A DNA stretch of 64,000 nt from an uncultured delta proteobacterium (GCA_963705555.1 CAVPJZ010000004.1:213788-277787), one strand, 5' to 3'; shown: positions 41,564-55,190, numbered from the stretch's first letter. Notes: generated from the sequence alone by a model not told the origin. Numbers and translations are program-made.

Positions 41564-42249
41564 GATTCGAATAGTCCTTTTTTCGGACGAGCATCTGCCG
41601 GACGCAGATAGACAGGAGTTAATGTTTCGGCATTCAGCAAATCTTTCCGGTAAAATTTCTCAATACCTAAAATACCAACAGATGAAGCCTTGATATATTT
41701 GGGTAGTTTTGAATTAATTACTATTTTTTTATTTTTGCCTATGACATCAGCGTAGTTAACAGCTCCGTCACCGACTAATTCTATTTCTTCGTCTATACCG
41801 GTTAATACGTTTTCCGGTTGAACGGCTTTTTCCACACCAATCTGCTCTAAATATTCATTTTTATCGCACCGGTAAAAAGCTGTGTAAACCTGCCCCCGTC
41901 CGGCATCCATTACGGAACATATTAATTTGGAAGTTTTGCCGGCGTTTAATGCCAGCGCCGCCAAGGAAGAAATTCCGGCGGCAGGTTTTCTTGTCGCCAG
42001 CACCAGTCCCTTGAGAGTGCTGACACCGATGCGCAGGCCGGTGAATGAACCGGGACCTATTGTGCAGGCAAAGAAATCTACATCTTTTATTTTTACTGAT
42101 ATCGCCCTTAAAGCATCATCAATTGCCGGCATTAGCACTTCCGAGTGTTTTAAGCCTGTATTAACGATGTTGTCGTACAGTATATCGCTATCTCTTAACA
42201 GTGCGACGGCGGCAGTTTTAGAAGAAGTATCAAAAGCTAAGGTTAACAT
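41560..42249 (-). CDS. tsaB: tRNA threonylcarbamoyladenosine biosynthesis protein TsaB
   Basis: LAFDTS, HSEVLMP, GPGSFTGLRIG, PVYLR. Confidence 0.95.
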   Translation of the reverse strand: MLTLAFDTSSKTAAVALLRDSDILYDNIVNTGLKHSEVLMPAIDDALRAISVKIKDVDFFACTIGPGSFTGLRIGVSTLKGLVLATRKPAAGISSLAALALNAGKTSKLICSVMDAGRGQVYTAFYRCDKNEYLEQIGVEKAVQPENVLTGIDEEIELVGDGAVNYADVIGKNKKIVINSKLPKYIKASSVGILGIEKFYRKDLLNAETLTPVYLRPADARPKKGLFES

Positions 42250-42252
42250 TGC

Positions 42253-43350
42253 TCATTTGAAATGTTTCATAATGTCATCAACAAATTTTAGATTCAATCG
42301 TTCAACATCGACCATGACGACAAATATCATCAGCATCAGCAAAAACACGAAGCCGATTTGTTGAAAAATTCCCTGCCATTTCATGCTCACAGGTTTACGC
42401 CGGACAAGTTCGATTATATTGAACATTATATGGCCGCCGTCAAGAATAGGTATCGGGAATAGGTTAATTATGGCTAAATTTACGGAAAGCAGTGCCATTA
42501 AAAAAAGAAATGGGACAATCCCTTCCTTGGCAACTGCTCCTGCGGCTTGAGCAATGAATATCGGTCCCCCCAAATTTCTCGGTGAAACCTCTCCTTTAAT
42601 CATTTTGACAAAGACAATAATTGTGAGTTCACTGAATTGCCAGGTCTTTTTCAAGGCAATAATTGACGATTCCCAAGGATTTCTTCTTTCTATCACGATA
42701 TTGTTCGAAGGAGTAATCCCCACAAGATAAGCTGATACCTCTTCACCAAAAATATTTTTTGCTTTTGACAATCTCGGCTTAATAAACATTTTTTTTGTTT
42801 GTCTTTCTCTTTCCAAGATGAATTCCAACTCTTGACCTTTGCTCTCAGATATTATCGGTTTTATCTCCTCCCAATATGTTATCTTATTTCCATTAATAGA
42901 AATAATTTTATCGTTTTTTTTCATTCCTGATTCAGAAGCGGCGGATTTTTTTTGTACTTCGCCAACCACATTGCTTAACGCCGGAATACCATACATATAG
43001 ATGAAGGCATAAATCAGCACTGCCAATAAAAAATTGAAAAAAGGCCCGGCAAAGATAATCATCATTCTTTTCCAGACCGACTTTTTTGTAAACGACATTT
43101 TTTCGTCTTCGGCCGACAATTTTTCGTTTCCATCTTCGCCCAGAAGCTTAACGTAGCCGCCTAAAGGAATCAGAGAAAGAACATATTCTGTTTTTCCTAT
43201 TTTTTTGCCGACTATTTTCGGACCGAATCCCAGAGAAAATTTAACTACACCTACACCGGCAAAACGCGCCGCCAGAAAATGGCCGAATTCATGAAAAAAA
43301 ATCAACACACCCAATAAAATTATAACGGAAACAATAGATATTCCTATCAA
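42253..43350 (-). CDS. rseP: RIP metalloprotease RseP
   Basis: HEFGH, FSLGFG, AGPFFN, PDZ domain, NLFPIPILDGGH; probable TTG start at 43350. Confidence 0.93.
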   Translation of the reverse strand: MIGISIVSVIILLGVLIFFHEFGHFLAARFAGVGVVKFSLGFGPKIVGKKIGKTEYVLSLIPLGGYVKLLGEDGNEKLSAEDEKMSFTKKSVWKRMMIIFAGPFFNFLLAVLIYAFIYMYGIPALSNVVGEVQKKSAASESGMKKNDKIISINGNKITYWEEIKPIISESKGQELEFILERERQTKKMFIKPRLSKAKNIFGEEVSAYLVGITPSNNIVIERRNPWESSIIALKKTWQFSELTIIVFVKMIKGEVSPRNLGGPIFIAQAAGAVAKEGIVPFLFLMALLSVNLAIINLFPIPILDGGHIMFNIIELVRRKPVSMKWQGIFQQIGFVFLLMLMIFVVMVDVERLNLKFVDDIMKHFK

Positions 43351-44513
43351 GATATCATCCTTTCTATGTTCTTTTTCGTCTGCATTCTCGCCCACTGATC
43401 AGCTTGAAGTATTTCTTCTAAAGACGGATCAACTGACGAATCATGCATGTTAAGAACTTTTTCAATTATTTCAGGTAAATCGGTAAATTTTATTTTTTCG
43501 TCTAAATAAGACTTCTACGGCGATTTCATTGGCGGCGTTTAAAACAGCCGGAGCAGTACCTCCGCAAATGCCGGCCCTGTAAGCCAGCCCCAAGACACGG
43601 AAACTTATTTATATCCGGCTGGGAAAATTCTAAATTTTGAGCTTCGCGAAAGATTAAGAGACGGTAAATCATTGATGATTCTTTCCGGATAAGTTAAAGC
43701 ATAAGCAATAGGTATTCTCATATCAGGAATGCCCATTTGCGCCAAAACAGCACCGTCAATAAACTCAACCATGGAATGCACTATGCTCTGCGGATGAATT
43801 AGAACATCAATATTACCGATGTCCATATTAAACAGCCATTTTGCTTCGATTACTTCCAACCCTTTATTCATTAATGATGCTGAATCAATAGTTATTTTCT
43901 TACCCATTTTCCACTTTGGATGTTGCAATGCCTGACGAGGCTTAACTTCTTTTAATTCATTTTTAGTAAAATTCAAAAAAGGTCCGCCGGAAGCAGTCAA
44001 AATTATCCGCCGTATATTTTTGTATTTTCTCCCCTCCAAACACTGAAATATTGCGCTGTGTTCGCTATCAACGGGAATAATATTTACACCTTTCTTTTTT
44101 GCTTTTTTTGTTACAATCTCTCCGGCTGTTACCATTGTCTCTTTGTTGGCTAAAGCGACATCCTTACCCGCTTCAATTGCTGCCAGGGTCGGCATTAAAC
44201 CAGCAGCACCCGATATAGAGGAAATTACAATATTGGCCGAGGGAAAAGAAGCAATTTCTTTTAAACCATCTTCGCCGTAAAGAATTTTGATCTTGTTCTT
44301 AACACTTAGAGCTTCCTGTAATTTTTGAGCGCTTTCTTTAGTACCTACAGCGACTATTTTTGGCCGAAATTCTATTATTTGCTCTCTTAGTAAAGCTATA
44401 TTCTGCCCTGCGGCCAGTGCCACGACTTGAAAACGTTCCGGATTTTTTCTTACAATATCCAGCGCATTACATCCAATCGAACCTGTTGAGCCTAAAATCG
44501 CTATTTTCTTCAT
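43347..44513 (-). CDS. dxr: 1-deoxy-D-xylulose-5-phosphate reductoisomerase, frameshifted near the 3' end
   Basis: [39 protein letters not shown]. Confidence 0.95.
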
Positions 44514-45310
44514 CAACGAATCACAAATATCCGGTAATAATAAACAAAAGGCACTATGAAAATCAGGCAATCCATCCGATCCAAAAGACCGCCATGGCCG
44601 GGCAGAAGCGAACTTGCATCTTTGAGCCCATAATTTCTTTTAAGCGCCGATTCACAAAGATCTCCCAACTGACCTATAATACTTCCCACAAAAGCAAGAA
44701 TGGCTATATGAATTAACGATACTTTGGGGAATAAAAAATAACTGAAGATCGAGCAAGCCATAGTGCTTCCTAAAACTAATCCTATCGTGCCTTCAACAGT
44801 TTTACCGGGGCTGACCAAGGGAATTAATTTATGTTTACCGAAATATTTTCCAACATACAACGCCACTGTATCTCCCGCAAAGGCAAGAACCAAAACAAAC
44901 AATACCCAGAATACTCCGTTTTCCAACATTCTCAGCAAAATTAAATGAGACATCAAAAAAGGTATGTACATCATCCCGAAAATAACTTTTGCCACTGAGG
45001 AGATATCAATGGTTGATTCTTTAATCTGCCAGAGAAATAAAATAAATACTGATAAAATACAAAATGTTATGACAGCAATCAAAATTTGATTATTAGCAGA
45101 TAAAACAACCAGTGGTATTAAAACAGCAAAAATCAATCCTTCGATTTTTTCCTTGATAAACCCTTTACCAAAGACAATATTATTGTATTCCCAGACGCCG
45201 CCGAATATGAATATAGTAATAACACCAGCCAGTGCCTCTGTAGAACAAAATAGAATAATCACAAGTATTATGGCCGCTAAAATAATACCGGTCAACCATC
45301 TTTTTTGCAT
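44513..45310 (-). CDS. cdsA: phosphatidate cytidylyltransferase
   Basis: [36 protein letters not shown]. Confidence 0.95.
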   Translation of the reverse strand: MQKRWLTGIILAAIILVIILFCSTEALAGVITIFIFGGVWEYNNIVFGKGFIKEKIEGLIFAVLIPLVVLSANNQILIAVITFCILSVFILFLWQIKESTIDISSVAKVIFGMMYIPFLMSHLILLRMLENGVFWVLFVLVLAFAGDTVALYVGKYFGKHKLIPLVSPGKTVEGTIGLVLGSTMACSIFSYFLFPKVSLIHIAILAFVGSIIGQLGDLCESALKRNYGLKDASSLLPGHGGLLDRMDCLIFIVPFVYYYRIFVIR

Positions 45311-45334
45311 ATATTTTCCGTTTTTAAAATTATT

Positions 45335-46066
45335 CTATCCCTGCAATTGCTCCGTTGTCAGGCCAAAACGTCTTTCCCGTTTTTGATAACTGGCGATTGC
45401 TTTGAAAAGTTCGTTCTTTGTAAAATCAGGCCAAAGAACATTTGTAAAATAAAGTTCTGTGTAGGCTATTTGCCAGAGTAAAAAATTACTGATGCGATAT
45501 TCACCGCCGGTACGAATCAACAAGTCGGGATCAGGCATCCCGCAGGTATATAGATAGCGTTGAAAAGTTTCCTTATTGATCTCATTTATATTAACTTTAC
45601 CTTTTTTACTATCTTCATTTATTTTTTTTACGGCGTAGATAATTTCATCCTGACCTCCGTAACTTAACGCCAAATTTAAAATCATCTCATTATTTTTTGC
45701 CGTTTTTGCTTTTGCCTGCAGAAGTTTTCTCTTCACTTCGGGATGGAAACGATTTATTTCGCCGATAGTCGTAAGCCTTATTCTTTTTTTTTGCAATTCT
45801 TTAGTTTCTTTGGTTAAATATTCTTCCAGTAGGGACATTAAAGCATTTACTTCTTCTTCCGGACGCCCCCAATTTTCTATGGAAAAAGCAAACAGGGTAA
45901 GATACTTTATACCGATTTCACGGCAAGCACGTACCGTTGCCCTTACCGCTTGAGCTCCTTTCTTATGCCCTCTTATTCTGCCGATTGTATGTCGTTTTGC
46001 CCAGCGTCCGTTTCCATCCATAATTATAGCTATATGCTGAGGCAGATTATTCCAATCAATTTTCAT
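45335..46066 (-). CDS. uppS: undecaprenyl diphosphate synthase
   Basis: HIAIIMDGNGRWA, FSIENW, DLLIRTGGE.RISNFLLWQ. Confidence 0.96.
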   Translation of the reverse strand: MKIDWNNLPQHIAIIMDGNGRWAKRHTIGRIRGHKKGAQAVRATVRACREIGIKYLTLFAFSIENWGRPEEEVNALMSLLEEYLTKETKELQKKRIRLTTIGEINRFHPEVKRKLLQAKAKTAKNNEMILNLALSYGGQDEIIYAVKKINEDSKKGKVNINEINKETFQRYLYTCGMPDPDLLIRTGGEYRISNFLLWQIAYTELYFTNVLWPDFTKNELFKAIASYQKRERRFGLTTEQLQG

Positions 46067-46205
46067 GAATATTCTTCTCCCGGGTAATATGCACTTTAAC
46101 AGACAGATAAGTTCTTTTCAATCGAAGATCTGCTTTTCAAAAATTAGAAATATTTCTTATTTTTCCTGAATTAAATAACGACCATGCCGAAGACAAAAAG
46201 TGCCC

Positions 46206-46242
46206 AAAAAACAAATGGGGAGCTTTTGACTCCCCATTTGTT
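46206..46242 (-). terminator. intrinsic terminator downstream of frr
   Basis: aacaaatggggag..ctccccatttgtt inverted repeat with a T tract on the minus strand. Confidence 0.75.
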
Positions 46243-46260
46243 GATTCTATAAAGTTAACT

Positions 46261-46818
46261 CTATAGTTCCATAATTTCTTTTTCTTTAGCCACGAGGATT
46301 TTATCCGTTTTTTCGATATAGCGATCAGTTAATTTCTGAACTTCTTCCTGCGCACCAAAAAGTTCGTCTTCGGCCATTTTATTATTTTTTTTGAGGTCTT
46401 TCAATTCTTCATTTGCGTCTCTGCGCGCGTTACGTAACTTGATTTTACCTTCTTCGGCCATCTTTTTTACGACTTTAACCAGTTCTTTGCGCCTTTCTTC
46501 CGTTAATTGCGGAATAGAAAGACGTATTATTTTGCCGTCATTGGCCGGCATTAAACCTAAATCCGATTTTTGAATTGCTTTCTCGATTGCGCCGATTATA
46601 GATATATCCCACGGCACTATAACAATTAAACGGCTTTCCGGCACAGAAAGTGTGGCCACTTGAGCAATGGGAGTAGGAACACCGTAATAATCAACTTTAA
46701 TTCCATCCAGCAGCGAAACGGATGCTCTTCCTGTTCTTACCCTGCCGAAAGACTTATCTAAACTTGTAATAATCTTTTCCATTTCATCTTTAAGTTTCTG
46801 AAAAATATTTTCTTTCAT
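46261..46818 (-). CDS. frr: ribosome recycling factor
   Basis: [28 protein letters not shown]. Confidence 0.96.
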   Translation of the reverse strand: MKENIFQKLKDEMEKIITSLDKSFGRVRTGRASVSLLDGIKVDYYGVPTPIAQVATLSVPESRLIVIVPWDISIIGAIEKAIQKSDLGLMPANDGKIIRLSIPQLTEERRKELVKVVKKMAEEGKIKLRNARRDANEELKDLKKNNKMAEDELFGAQEEVQKLTDRYIEKTDKILVAKEKEIMEL

Positions 46819-46819
46819 A

Positions 46820-47552
<733 letters not shown>

Positions 47553-48158
47553 TTATTTTTTAATTTCCTCTCCCAGCTGAAATCTGGCGAATCTCCGAAT
47601 AATAATATTTTCACCTGTTTTGGCAATCATATTATTAACAAGCGTCTCTACAGTAATATCTGTATTTTTTATAAATTTCTGTTCTGTTAAACACACATCT
47701 TCATAATATTTCTTTAATTTTCCCTCTATTATTTTATCCCATATTTTTTCCGGTTTCTTTTCTTCGCGCAACTGACTACGGTATATTTCTTTTTCTCTAT
47801 TTAAAGCTTCCGGCGGAATTTCATCCGGCCGGACATAAAGCGGATTAGACGCGGCAATATGCATAGCAATATCCTTGGCCATTGCCTGAAAATCATCTGT
47901 TTTAGCCACAAAATCTGTTTCACAATTTATTTCCACCATAACGCCGATTCTACCGCCCATATGAATATATGAAGCTACGGTACCATCTTTAGCTGCTTTC
48001 GAAGATCTTTTTGTTGCCGCGGACAATCCCTTTTTCCTTAAAATATCAATAGCTTTTTCAAAATCACCACCTGCTGCCGTTAACGCTTCTTTGCAATCCA
48101 TCATGCCGGCGCCGGTTTTTTCTCTCAATTCTTTAACCATTGCTGACGATATTTCCAA
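47553..48158 (-). CDS. tsf: elongation factor Ts (short form)
   Basis: VKELREKTGAGMMDCK, NCETDFVA; probable TTG start. Confidence 0.96.
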   Translation of the reverse strand: MEISSAMVKELREKTGAGMMDCKEALTAAGGDFEKAIDILRKKGLSAATKRSSKAAKDGTVASYIHMGGRIGVMVEINCETDFVAKTDDFQAMAKDIAMHIAASNPLYVRPDEIPPEALNREKEIYRSQLREEKKPEKIWDKIIEGKLKKYYEDVCLTEQKFIKNTDITVETLVNNMIAKTGENIIIRRFARFQLGEEIKK

Positions 48159-48222
48159 TTTATATTCCCTCCTTAATATTTTCAACAAGAACTGTGACTA
48201 ATTATTTATATGACTTACGTCG

Positions 48223-49036
48223 CTATATTCTTCTGATGTCCTCAGTCTTTTCTTCCATTTCTACACTTTCAGGAATATCTGTTTCCCGGTTTTGTTCTCT
48301 TCGACTGCAGCTCCCGATTGCTTTATTCGATTCGGCAGATAGTTTTTCTTCAAACCGCTTTTTTCCTTCTAAAACCGCATCGGCAAATTTAGAGGCAAAT
48401 AGTTTTATCGCCCTGATAGCGTCATCATTTCCGGGAATGACATAATCAATATCATCGGGATCGCAATTCGTATCTACTATTGCCACTATAGGAATTTTTA
48501 ATTTTTTCGCTTCTTTAATTGTTATATGTTCACGATTAGGATCGACAATAAAAACAGCTGCGGGATGAGATTTCAGATTTCTAATTCCGCCTAAGACATT
48601 TTCCAGCTTTTCCTTCTCTTTCTGCAGCATTGTTATTTCTTTTTTGGGAAATGCCTTGATGGAATCATCGTCAAACATGCCGGTTAAAGTATTTAGACGG
48701 TCAATGCTCTTTTTTATCGTAAAGAAATTTGTCAACATACCGCCCAAGCCAGCGCTGATTGACATAAGGCATGCCGCAACGCACAGCTTCTTCTTTAATA
48801 GCTTCCTGTGATTGCTTTTTGGTTCCGACAAAAAGAACATCTTTACCCTGGCTGACAGTATCAACAACAAAGTTATAAGCAGTTTGAAACATACCGACGG
48901 TTTGTTGCAGATCAATAATGTAAATATTGTTTCTCGCCCCAAAAATATACGGCTTCATTTTGGGGTTCCATTTGTTGGTCTGATGCCCGAAATGGACACC
49001 CGCTTCCAGTAAAAGTTTCATTGAAATTGCAGACAT
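48223..49036 (-). CDS. rpsB: 30S ribosomal protein S2, frameshifted near 48750
   Basis: [36 protein letters not shown]. Confidence 0.96.
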
Positions 49037-49053
49037 ATTTTTCTCCTTATTTT

Positions 49054-49133
49054 GTTTTTTCCTCCATCCTTTTCAACTTACACGGCACACTTTAATTAAA
49101 AAGCAACATACCGGCAATCCAAGGATGTGTGAA
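49054..49133 (-). ncRNA. rpsB 5' leader (t44 / S2 autoregulatory RNA)
   Basis: Minus strand cacacatcctt...gccgg...aaggatggagg directly upstream of the rpsB SD; basal stem catcctt/aaggatg with CACAC and GGAGG flanks. Confidence 0.65.
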
Positions 49134-49226
49134 ATTTGATTTGGCGGCAATTAACATAAATAATCTAAATGATCAAGTTTAAATAACTGTTTTCAGTCAA
49201 TAATATTAATATCTTTTATCTGTGCA

Positions 49227-50430
49227 TTAAGTTGAATAATCAGCGTTTATTTTCACGTAATCATAGGAAAGATCAGATGTATAAACACAATATGATTTAT
49301 CGCCACCCCCCAACCCAATACGCACATCAATTCGGTCTTTTTGAAATACTTCTTTCAATTTATTTAAATTAATATTGACCGGTGAATCCTGGGAAAATAC
49401 CAATATATCTCCTATTGATAGGCTTACTCTTTCCTTTTCCAGAGGTATTCCTGAAGAACCAAGGGCGGCAATAATTCTTCCCCAATTAGGATCTTCTCCA
49501 AAAAAAGCCGTTTTTACTAAATTGGAGTTGGCAATAGCATAAGCGGCGCACCGAGCATCTGACTCTGGATTTTGCTCCTTCGACCATGATAGAAATAAAT
49601 TTTGTTGCCCCTTCACCGTCTCTAACAACTGCCTGGCAAAGTTCCATTAAAACATCGGATAAGCATATCACGAAAACGCTGCAATCGGGCCTGCGCCCTT
49701 TCCAGGGGATTGTTGCCGGCTAAACCGTTGGCTAAAATAATCGCCATATCATTGGTGCTCATACAACCGTCAACACTGATGGAATTGAAAGTGGAATCAA
49801 TCGCCTGATGAAATACCGTATTTAAAGCTTTGGAATCAATTAAAGCGTCGGTCATTACATAAGTCAGCAAAGTGGCCATATTGGGTTCAATCATACCGGC
49901 GCCTTTGGCTATGCCGCAAATGGTAATATCTTTTGCTCCGACAATTCCTTTCCGTATGGCAATTTTGGGATATTTATCGGTGGTCATCATCGCCGTTTCC
50001 GCATCTTCAATGCCGGATTCATTTAATCCTTTGACCAGTTTACCGATACCGCCTTCTATCTTTTTTAACGGGAAGTCTTTTTCCGATAACTCCTGTCGAA
50101 CCCACCAATATAAGTTCTTCCTTTATTTTCAATTGTTTGGCTAATGCGGCGGAAACAGCTAAAGCATCCTTGTAACCTTCTTTTCCTGTTGCGGCATTGG
50201 CACATCCGCTATTGGTAATTATCGCCTGAGCCATTCCTTTTTTAACACGCTCTGCATCAATTAACAGTGGTGCGGCTTTAAAAGTATTCTTAGTAAATAC
50301 GGCCGCTACTTTCGCCGGTACGGTTGAATAAATCAAACCGAGGTCTTTCTGATCCGAATCTTTAATCCCGACGGAAATTCCATTGGCCAAAAAACCGGGA
50401 ACGCTGACTCTATTTTTTTTTTTTAGCCAT
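49227..50430 (-). CDS. argJ: bifunctional ornithine acetyltransferase/N-acetylglutamate synthase, frameshifted
   Basis: NSGCANAATG, STGVIG, MMTTD, KGAGMIEPNMAT, STND, DGEGATK, DPNWGRI. Confidence 0.94.
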
Positions 50431-50455
50431 GAAGCCTACTCCTCTATTAAATAAC

Positions 50456-52983
50456 TTAAGCACCGCAGCATTTTTTATATTTTTTACCGCTTCCACAGGG
50501 ACAAGGATCATTCCGTCCGACTTTACCGCTTTCATGTTTAATTGTTTGTGCTTGGCCGGCATATCTTCTCCACGGCTTAAAATGTAATCTTGTTTTTGTT
50601 TTTGCCTGATATTCTTCTACTTCTTCTTCTCTTTGTATTCTGACCAAACATAATTTTTCCAATGTATCCATTTTAATACGGAAGATCATTTCCATGAACA
50701 TTTCATAACCTTCACGCTGATACTCTCTTACGGGATCCTTTTGACCGTAACCGCGCAAACCAATTCCTTCCCTTAAATGATCCATGGCCAGCAAATGTTC
50801 TTTCCAGTGAGTATCGATTGCCTGCAGCATGATTACTTTCATCAAGTAATCCATTAGTTCTTTGCCGAAATTCTTTTTCTTTTTCACGCAAGAAGTTTTT
50901 GGACATTTTCAATTATAAATTCACGGATAGGATTGAGCGGAAGCTAATTTGATCTCGAATTAGCCAAATTAAGTTTTAAATTGAATTGCTTAAATATGGC
51001 GTCATCAAGTCCTTTAAGATTCCAGTCTTCGGCATGTCCTTTTTCATCAATATATTCGAATAAAAGATCATCAACAATTTCTTCAACCATTTCTTCAATA
51101 TCTGCCCATAAGTTATCTCCACGTAATACTTTTTTCCGTTGTTCATAGATGACTTTTCTCTGTCTGTTCATTACATCATCATAATCCAAAAGATGTTTGC
51201 GGATATCAAAGTTTTGTCCTTCAACACGTTTCTGGGCATTTTCAATAGCACGGGAAATATATTTATGTTCAATCGGCTGATCTTCTTCAATACCGATCCT
51301 GTCCATAATTGACGATATTCTTTCGGCGCCGAATATACGCAGCAAGTCATCTTCCAAAGAAAGATAAAAGCGCGAAGAACCATCATCGCCCTGACGTCCG
51401 GATCGGCCTCTTAATTGATTGTCGATACGGCGGCTTTCGTGACGTTCTGTGCCTAAAATATGCAGACCTCCTATTTCGGCAACTTTTTCGCCCAAACGAA
51501 TATCCGTCCCGCGACCGGCCATATTGGTGGATATGGTAACCATGCCCGGCTGACCGGCCTGAGCAACTATTTCCGCTTCTTTTTCATGATTTTTAGCATT
51601 CAGAACATGATGCTTAATACCGGCACGGGTAAGATATTTACTTAACAGTTCTGATTTTTCGATGGAAATAGTTCCAATCAGCACTGGCCTTTTCTCTTTA
51701 TTCAGAGCTCTGACTTCTTCGATAACAGCCTTAATCTTTTCTTTTTCAGTTTTGTAAATAAGATCATTATTATCTTTACGAATCATCGGCATATTGGTCG
51801 GCACGACAACAACATCCAGATTATATATTTTCTTAAATTCGGCCGCTTCCGTATCCGCGGTTCCTGTCATACCGGCCAGTTTTTTGTACATTCTAAAATA
51901 ATTTTGAAAAGTAATGGAAGCCAGTGTTTGATTTTCTCTCTCAATTTTTACTTTTTCCTTGGCTTCCAGCGCCTGATGCAAACCATCGCTGTAACGCCTT
52001 CCGGGCATAACTCTTCCGGTGAATTCATCAACAATTATAACTTGCCCATCTTTGACGAGATAATCGACATCCCTTTTGAACAAAGTATGGGCGCGCAGAG
52101 CTTGATTTACATGATGGACAATTTCAATATTTCGCGGCTCGTAAAGATTTTGCACATTTAAAAATCCCTCAACATGCGCAACTCCTTCTTCCGTCAGAAC
52201 AACCGTACGGCTTTTTTCATCAATCGTATAATCTTTATCTTTCTTTAATCTTGGAATTATCTGGTTTATTTTATAATATTTATCCGTTGATTCTTCCGAT
52301 GGGCCGGAAATAATCAAAGGGGTTCTGGCTTCATCAATTAGAATACTGTCCACTTCATCGACTATGGCATAATTAAATTCTCGCTGAACGTAATCCTCAA
52401 GGTTGAACTTCATATTATCGCGAAGATAATCAAAACCAAATTCGTTATTAGTGCCGTAGGTTATATCAGCGTGATATGCTTCTCTTCTTTCATCATCATC
52501 CATACCATGAACAATAACTCCTACGCTTAAACCCAGAAAGTTATAAATCGGCCCCATCCATTCGGCGTCTCTTTTGGCCAGATAATCATTTACGGTAACA
52601 ACATGGCAGCCTTTTCCTTCCAGCGCATTAAGATATAAGGGCATGGTCGCGGCCAGCGTTTTTCCTTCGCCTGTTTTCATTTCGGCAATCTTGCCTTCAT
52701 GTAAAACAATTCCGCCGATTACCTGAACATCAAAGGGACGCATCAATAAAGTGCGGCGTGATACTTCTCTGGCCACGGCAAATGCTTCCGCAAGAATATC
52801 ATCAAGGGTTGAACCATTTTTCAACTTTTCCTTGAAATAAGGAGTTTTTGCCCGCAATTCTTCGTCAGTCAAAGACATCATCAGCGATTCAAAATTATTT
52901 ACTTCATCCAAAAGCAATGAATATCGCTTCAATTCGCGATCATTTTTCGTTCCCACAATTTTTTTCAATATCATTTCGATCAT
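50456..52983 (-). CDS. secA: preprotein translocase SecA, frameshifted near the C-terminus
   Basis: [46 protein letters not shown] motif [18 protein letters not shown]. Confidence 0.97.
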
Positions 52984-53000
52984 TGATCACCTTACCTTAC

Positions 53001-53027
53001 TAAAAAAAAACCGGCATATTTACCGGT
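53001..53027 (-). terminator. possible weak intrinsic terminator between the M23 gene and secA
   Basis: Minus strand accgg-taaatatg-ccgg followed by a T9 run. Confidence 0.4.
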
Positions 53028-53163
53028 GGATTCGACAAGATTAATTTATTAACAATAAGATATCAGGCCATGAGGCGGAATTTTCGCCAAAGAAAACGAA
53101 TATTTTTATTTTGCTCCTTAATTTTCGCCATAAGACGAGAATCGCATTTTGCGCTTCCGCTTT

Positions 53164-54078
53164 TTAGAACTTATTTTTCAAATACCTTCGTGGATTGACA
53201 GGTACTTTATTAACAAAAACAGCGTAGTGAAGATGCGAACCTGTGCTGCGGCCGGTATCGCCTACATAGCCGATTACGTCTCCTCTTTTAACTCTTACTC
53301 CGTATTTCACGGCTATCTTCGACAAATGAGCATAAGCGGTAACCAAACCGTGGCCATGATCTATTTTTACTAAATTGCCATCTTGAGAATGGTAAGAAGC
53401 ATCAATTACAAGCCCGTCCGCCGTTGACAGCACTTCTTTTCCAAATCTAGTTGCTATATCAATTCCTTTATGAAATTCAACACCGGATGAAAAAGGCGAT
53501 TCTCTTGAGCCAAAATCAGAAGTTATCCACCCTTTAACCGGCCAGATAGTCGGTGTAGCGGCAAGAATTGACTTTTGTTCATGCAAGAAAGCTAATAACT
53601 CATTAAAACTCTTTTCCCGATAATTAGCATCTTCATTTAACGCAGTAATGTTTTTACGCATCCCAAAGATCAACCTCTTTTGATCTTTATCCAATAATTC
53701 TTTTAATCTTGTTTCAGTATTAGCTGCTCCGCCAATACCCAATGGTAGTTTTTTATCTCGTCCTGTCTGATGGGTGGCTAATATTCTAAGCTTTGTATCA
53801 ACTTGCCTTAGTTCCTCCATGCGATCGGAAAATTCATCCACGCGCAGAGCTAAATCTTGAACTTGCTGAGATTGTTCTTTATTTAGTTCTCTTAGCCTGA
53901 CTAACTCAGCTCTATCTCTTTTTATACTCGCATAATCATAAATAAAATAAAGTGCTATGAGGATAGCGACGAAAGAAACTACAAGAAAACTGCTAACTAA
54001 AATTCTGGGAAGTGATATTTTTTTTACGGCACTGTTCGTACGCGAAATAACCATTAAAGTAAACAGGTTACCCGACAT
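53164..54078 (-). CDS. M23 family metallopeptidase with N-terminal TM and coiled coil (start uncertain)
   Basis: WPVKG.ITS.FG, FHKGID, YAHL, GRSTGSHLHY. Confidence 0.9.
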   Translation of the reverse strand: MSGNLFTLMVISRTNSAVKKISLPRILVSSFLVVSFVAILIALYFIYDYASIKRDRAELVRLRELNKEQSQQVQDLALRVDEFSDRMEELRQVDTKLRILATHQTGRDKKLPLGIGGAANTETRLKELLDKDQKRLIFGMRKNITALNEDANYREKSFNELLAFLHEQKSILAATPTIWPVKGWITSDFGSRESPFSSGVEFHKGIDIATRFGKEVLSTADGLVIDASYHSQDGNLVKIDHGHGLVTAYAHLSKIAVKYGVRVKRGDVIGYVGDTGRSTGSHLHYAVFVNKVPVNPRRYLKNKF

Positions 54079-54451
54079 TTTATGTTTTAATATAGATTTG
54101 AAGGATTGCCAGTTTAACATAAGGCTCTTACCTATCATAAAAAAGAGAAAAGTCAAGAATTACTAATTATTAGTCACTTTTTTAAATTCTTCTATATCTA
54201 AGACCACCTGCCGACTGATTTTTATATGATAATATTAAGATTTCTCATATTTATTACCTATAGTTATGTCATAGTGTATTGGGATATCAAGGAAATTATC
54301 AGTACTTTTTTGAACACATTTTTATGAAAACATTGAGAAACTATTGCCTTTTTGGTAATATTTTTGTAATCGCTCAAAGTGGTAATTAAATATCTCTTAT
54401 TGAAATTGCACCTTTTTTCCATTAAAACAATAAAAAAATGAGTTTAACTGC

Positions 54452-55190
54452 TTGGTAAAAATTATAAAATTTTTCAGAATTTATCTCTCGTTAACCGTCT
54501 TTTTGGTGATTCTTTCTTTGTCGGCATGTCTCTTGCGTCCTTCAGCTTCCATACTTAATATAGAAACCATATCCACATTTTCTGAAGACAAAATCGGCAA
54601 ATCCAGACAGATTCTTCTCGTAACCACCGATACTGTATTTTTTTTTACTGAACAAAAAATTTACGTCGTTGAAAAATATGCTGATAAATGGGTTTTAGTT
54701 TTTGAGCCCTTTAATGCCGTAATCGGGAAAAATGGTTTTGCACAGCCCGGAGAAAAAAGAGAAGGCGATGGTAAAACCCCTTCCGGCATCTTTCCTCTTA
54801 AAATGACTTTCGGCTATGATGAGTCCATCAAAACAAAAATGCCCTATCGTCAGGCGCTAGCAGATGATCTCTGGATCGATGACGTGAATGCCGATGATTA
54901 TAACTGTTGGGTCAAAAAAGGCGAGTACGCAAGCTAAATCCTATGAAAAAATGAAACGTGATGATAATCTATACAAATATGGTATTGTCATCGAATATAA
55001 CACCAACCCGGTTATCAAAGGATATGGCAGTGCCATCTTCTTCCATGTCTGGGGAGGAGCTGATATAACTACGGAAGGCTGTGTAGCAGTTTCCGAAGAA
55101 AACATCATTAAAATTCTCGAATGGCTTGATCCAAAGGCAGAGCCGCTCATTATTATGGGAATCGAAGACACAACGTGGAGGCTTCCCTGA
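54452..55190 (+). CDS. L,D-transpeptidase (YkuD-like) family lipoprotein, frameshifted near 54920
   Basis: LSAC lipobox, KREGDGKTPSG, GSAIFFH...TEGCVA (His/Cys dyad). Confidence 0.82.

Noticed and set aside
53079-53142. Short imperfect duplication aattttcgcca..gaat upstream of secA
   Set aside because: Two short copies in AT-rich DNA are too weak to call a binding site.
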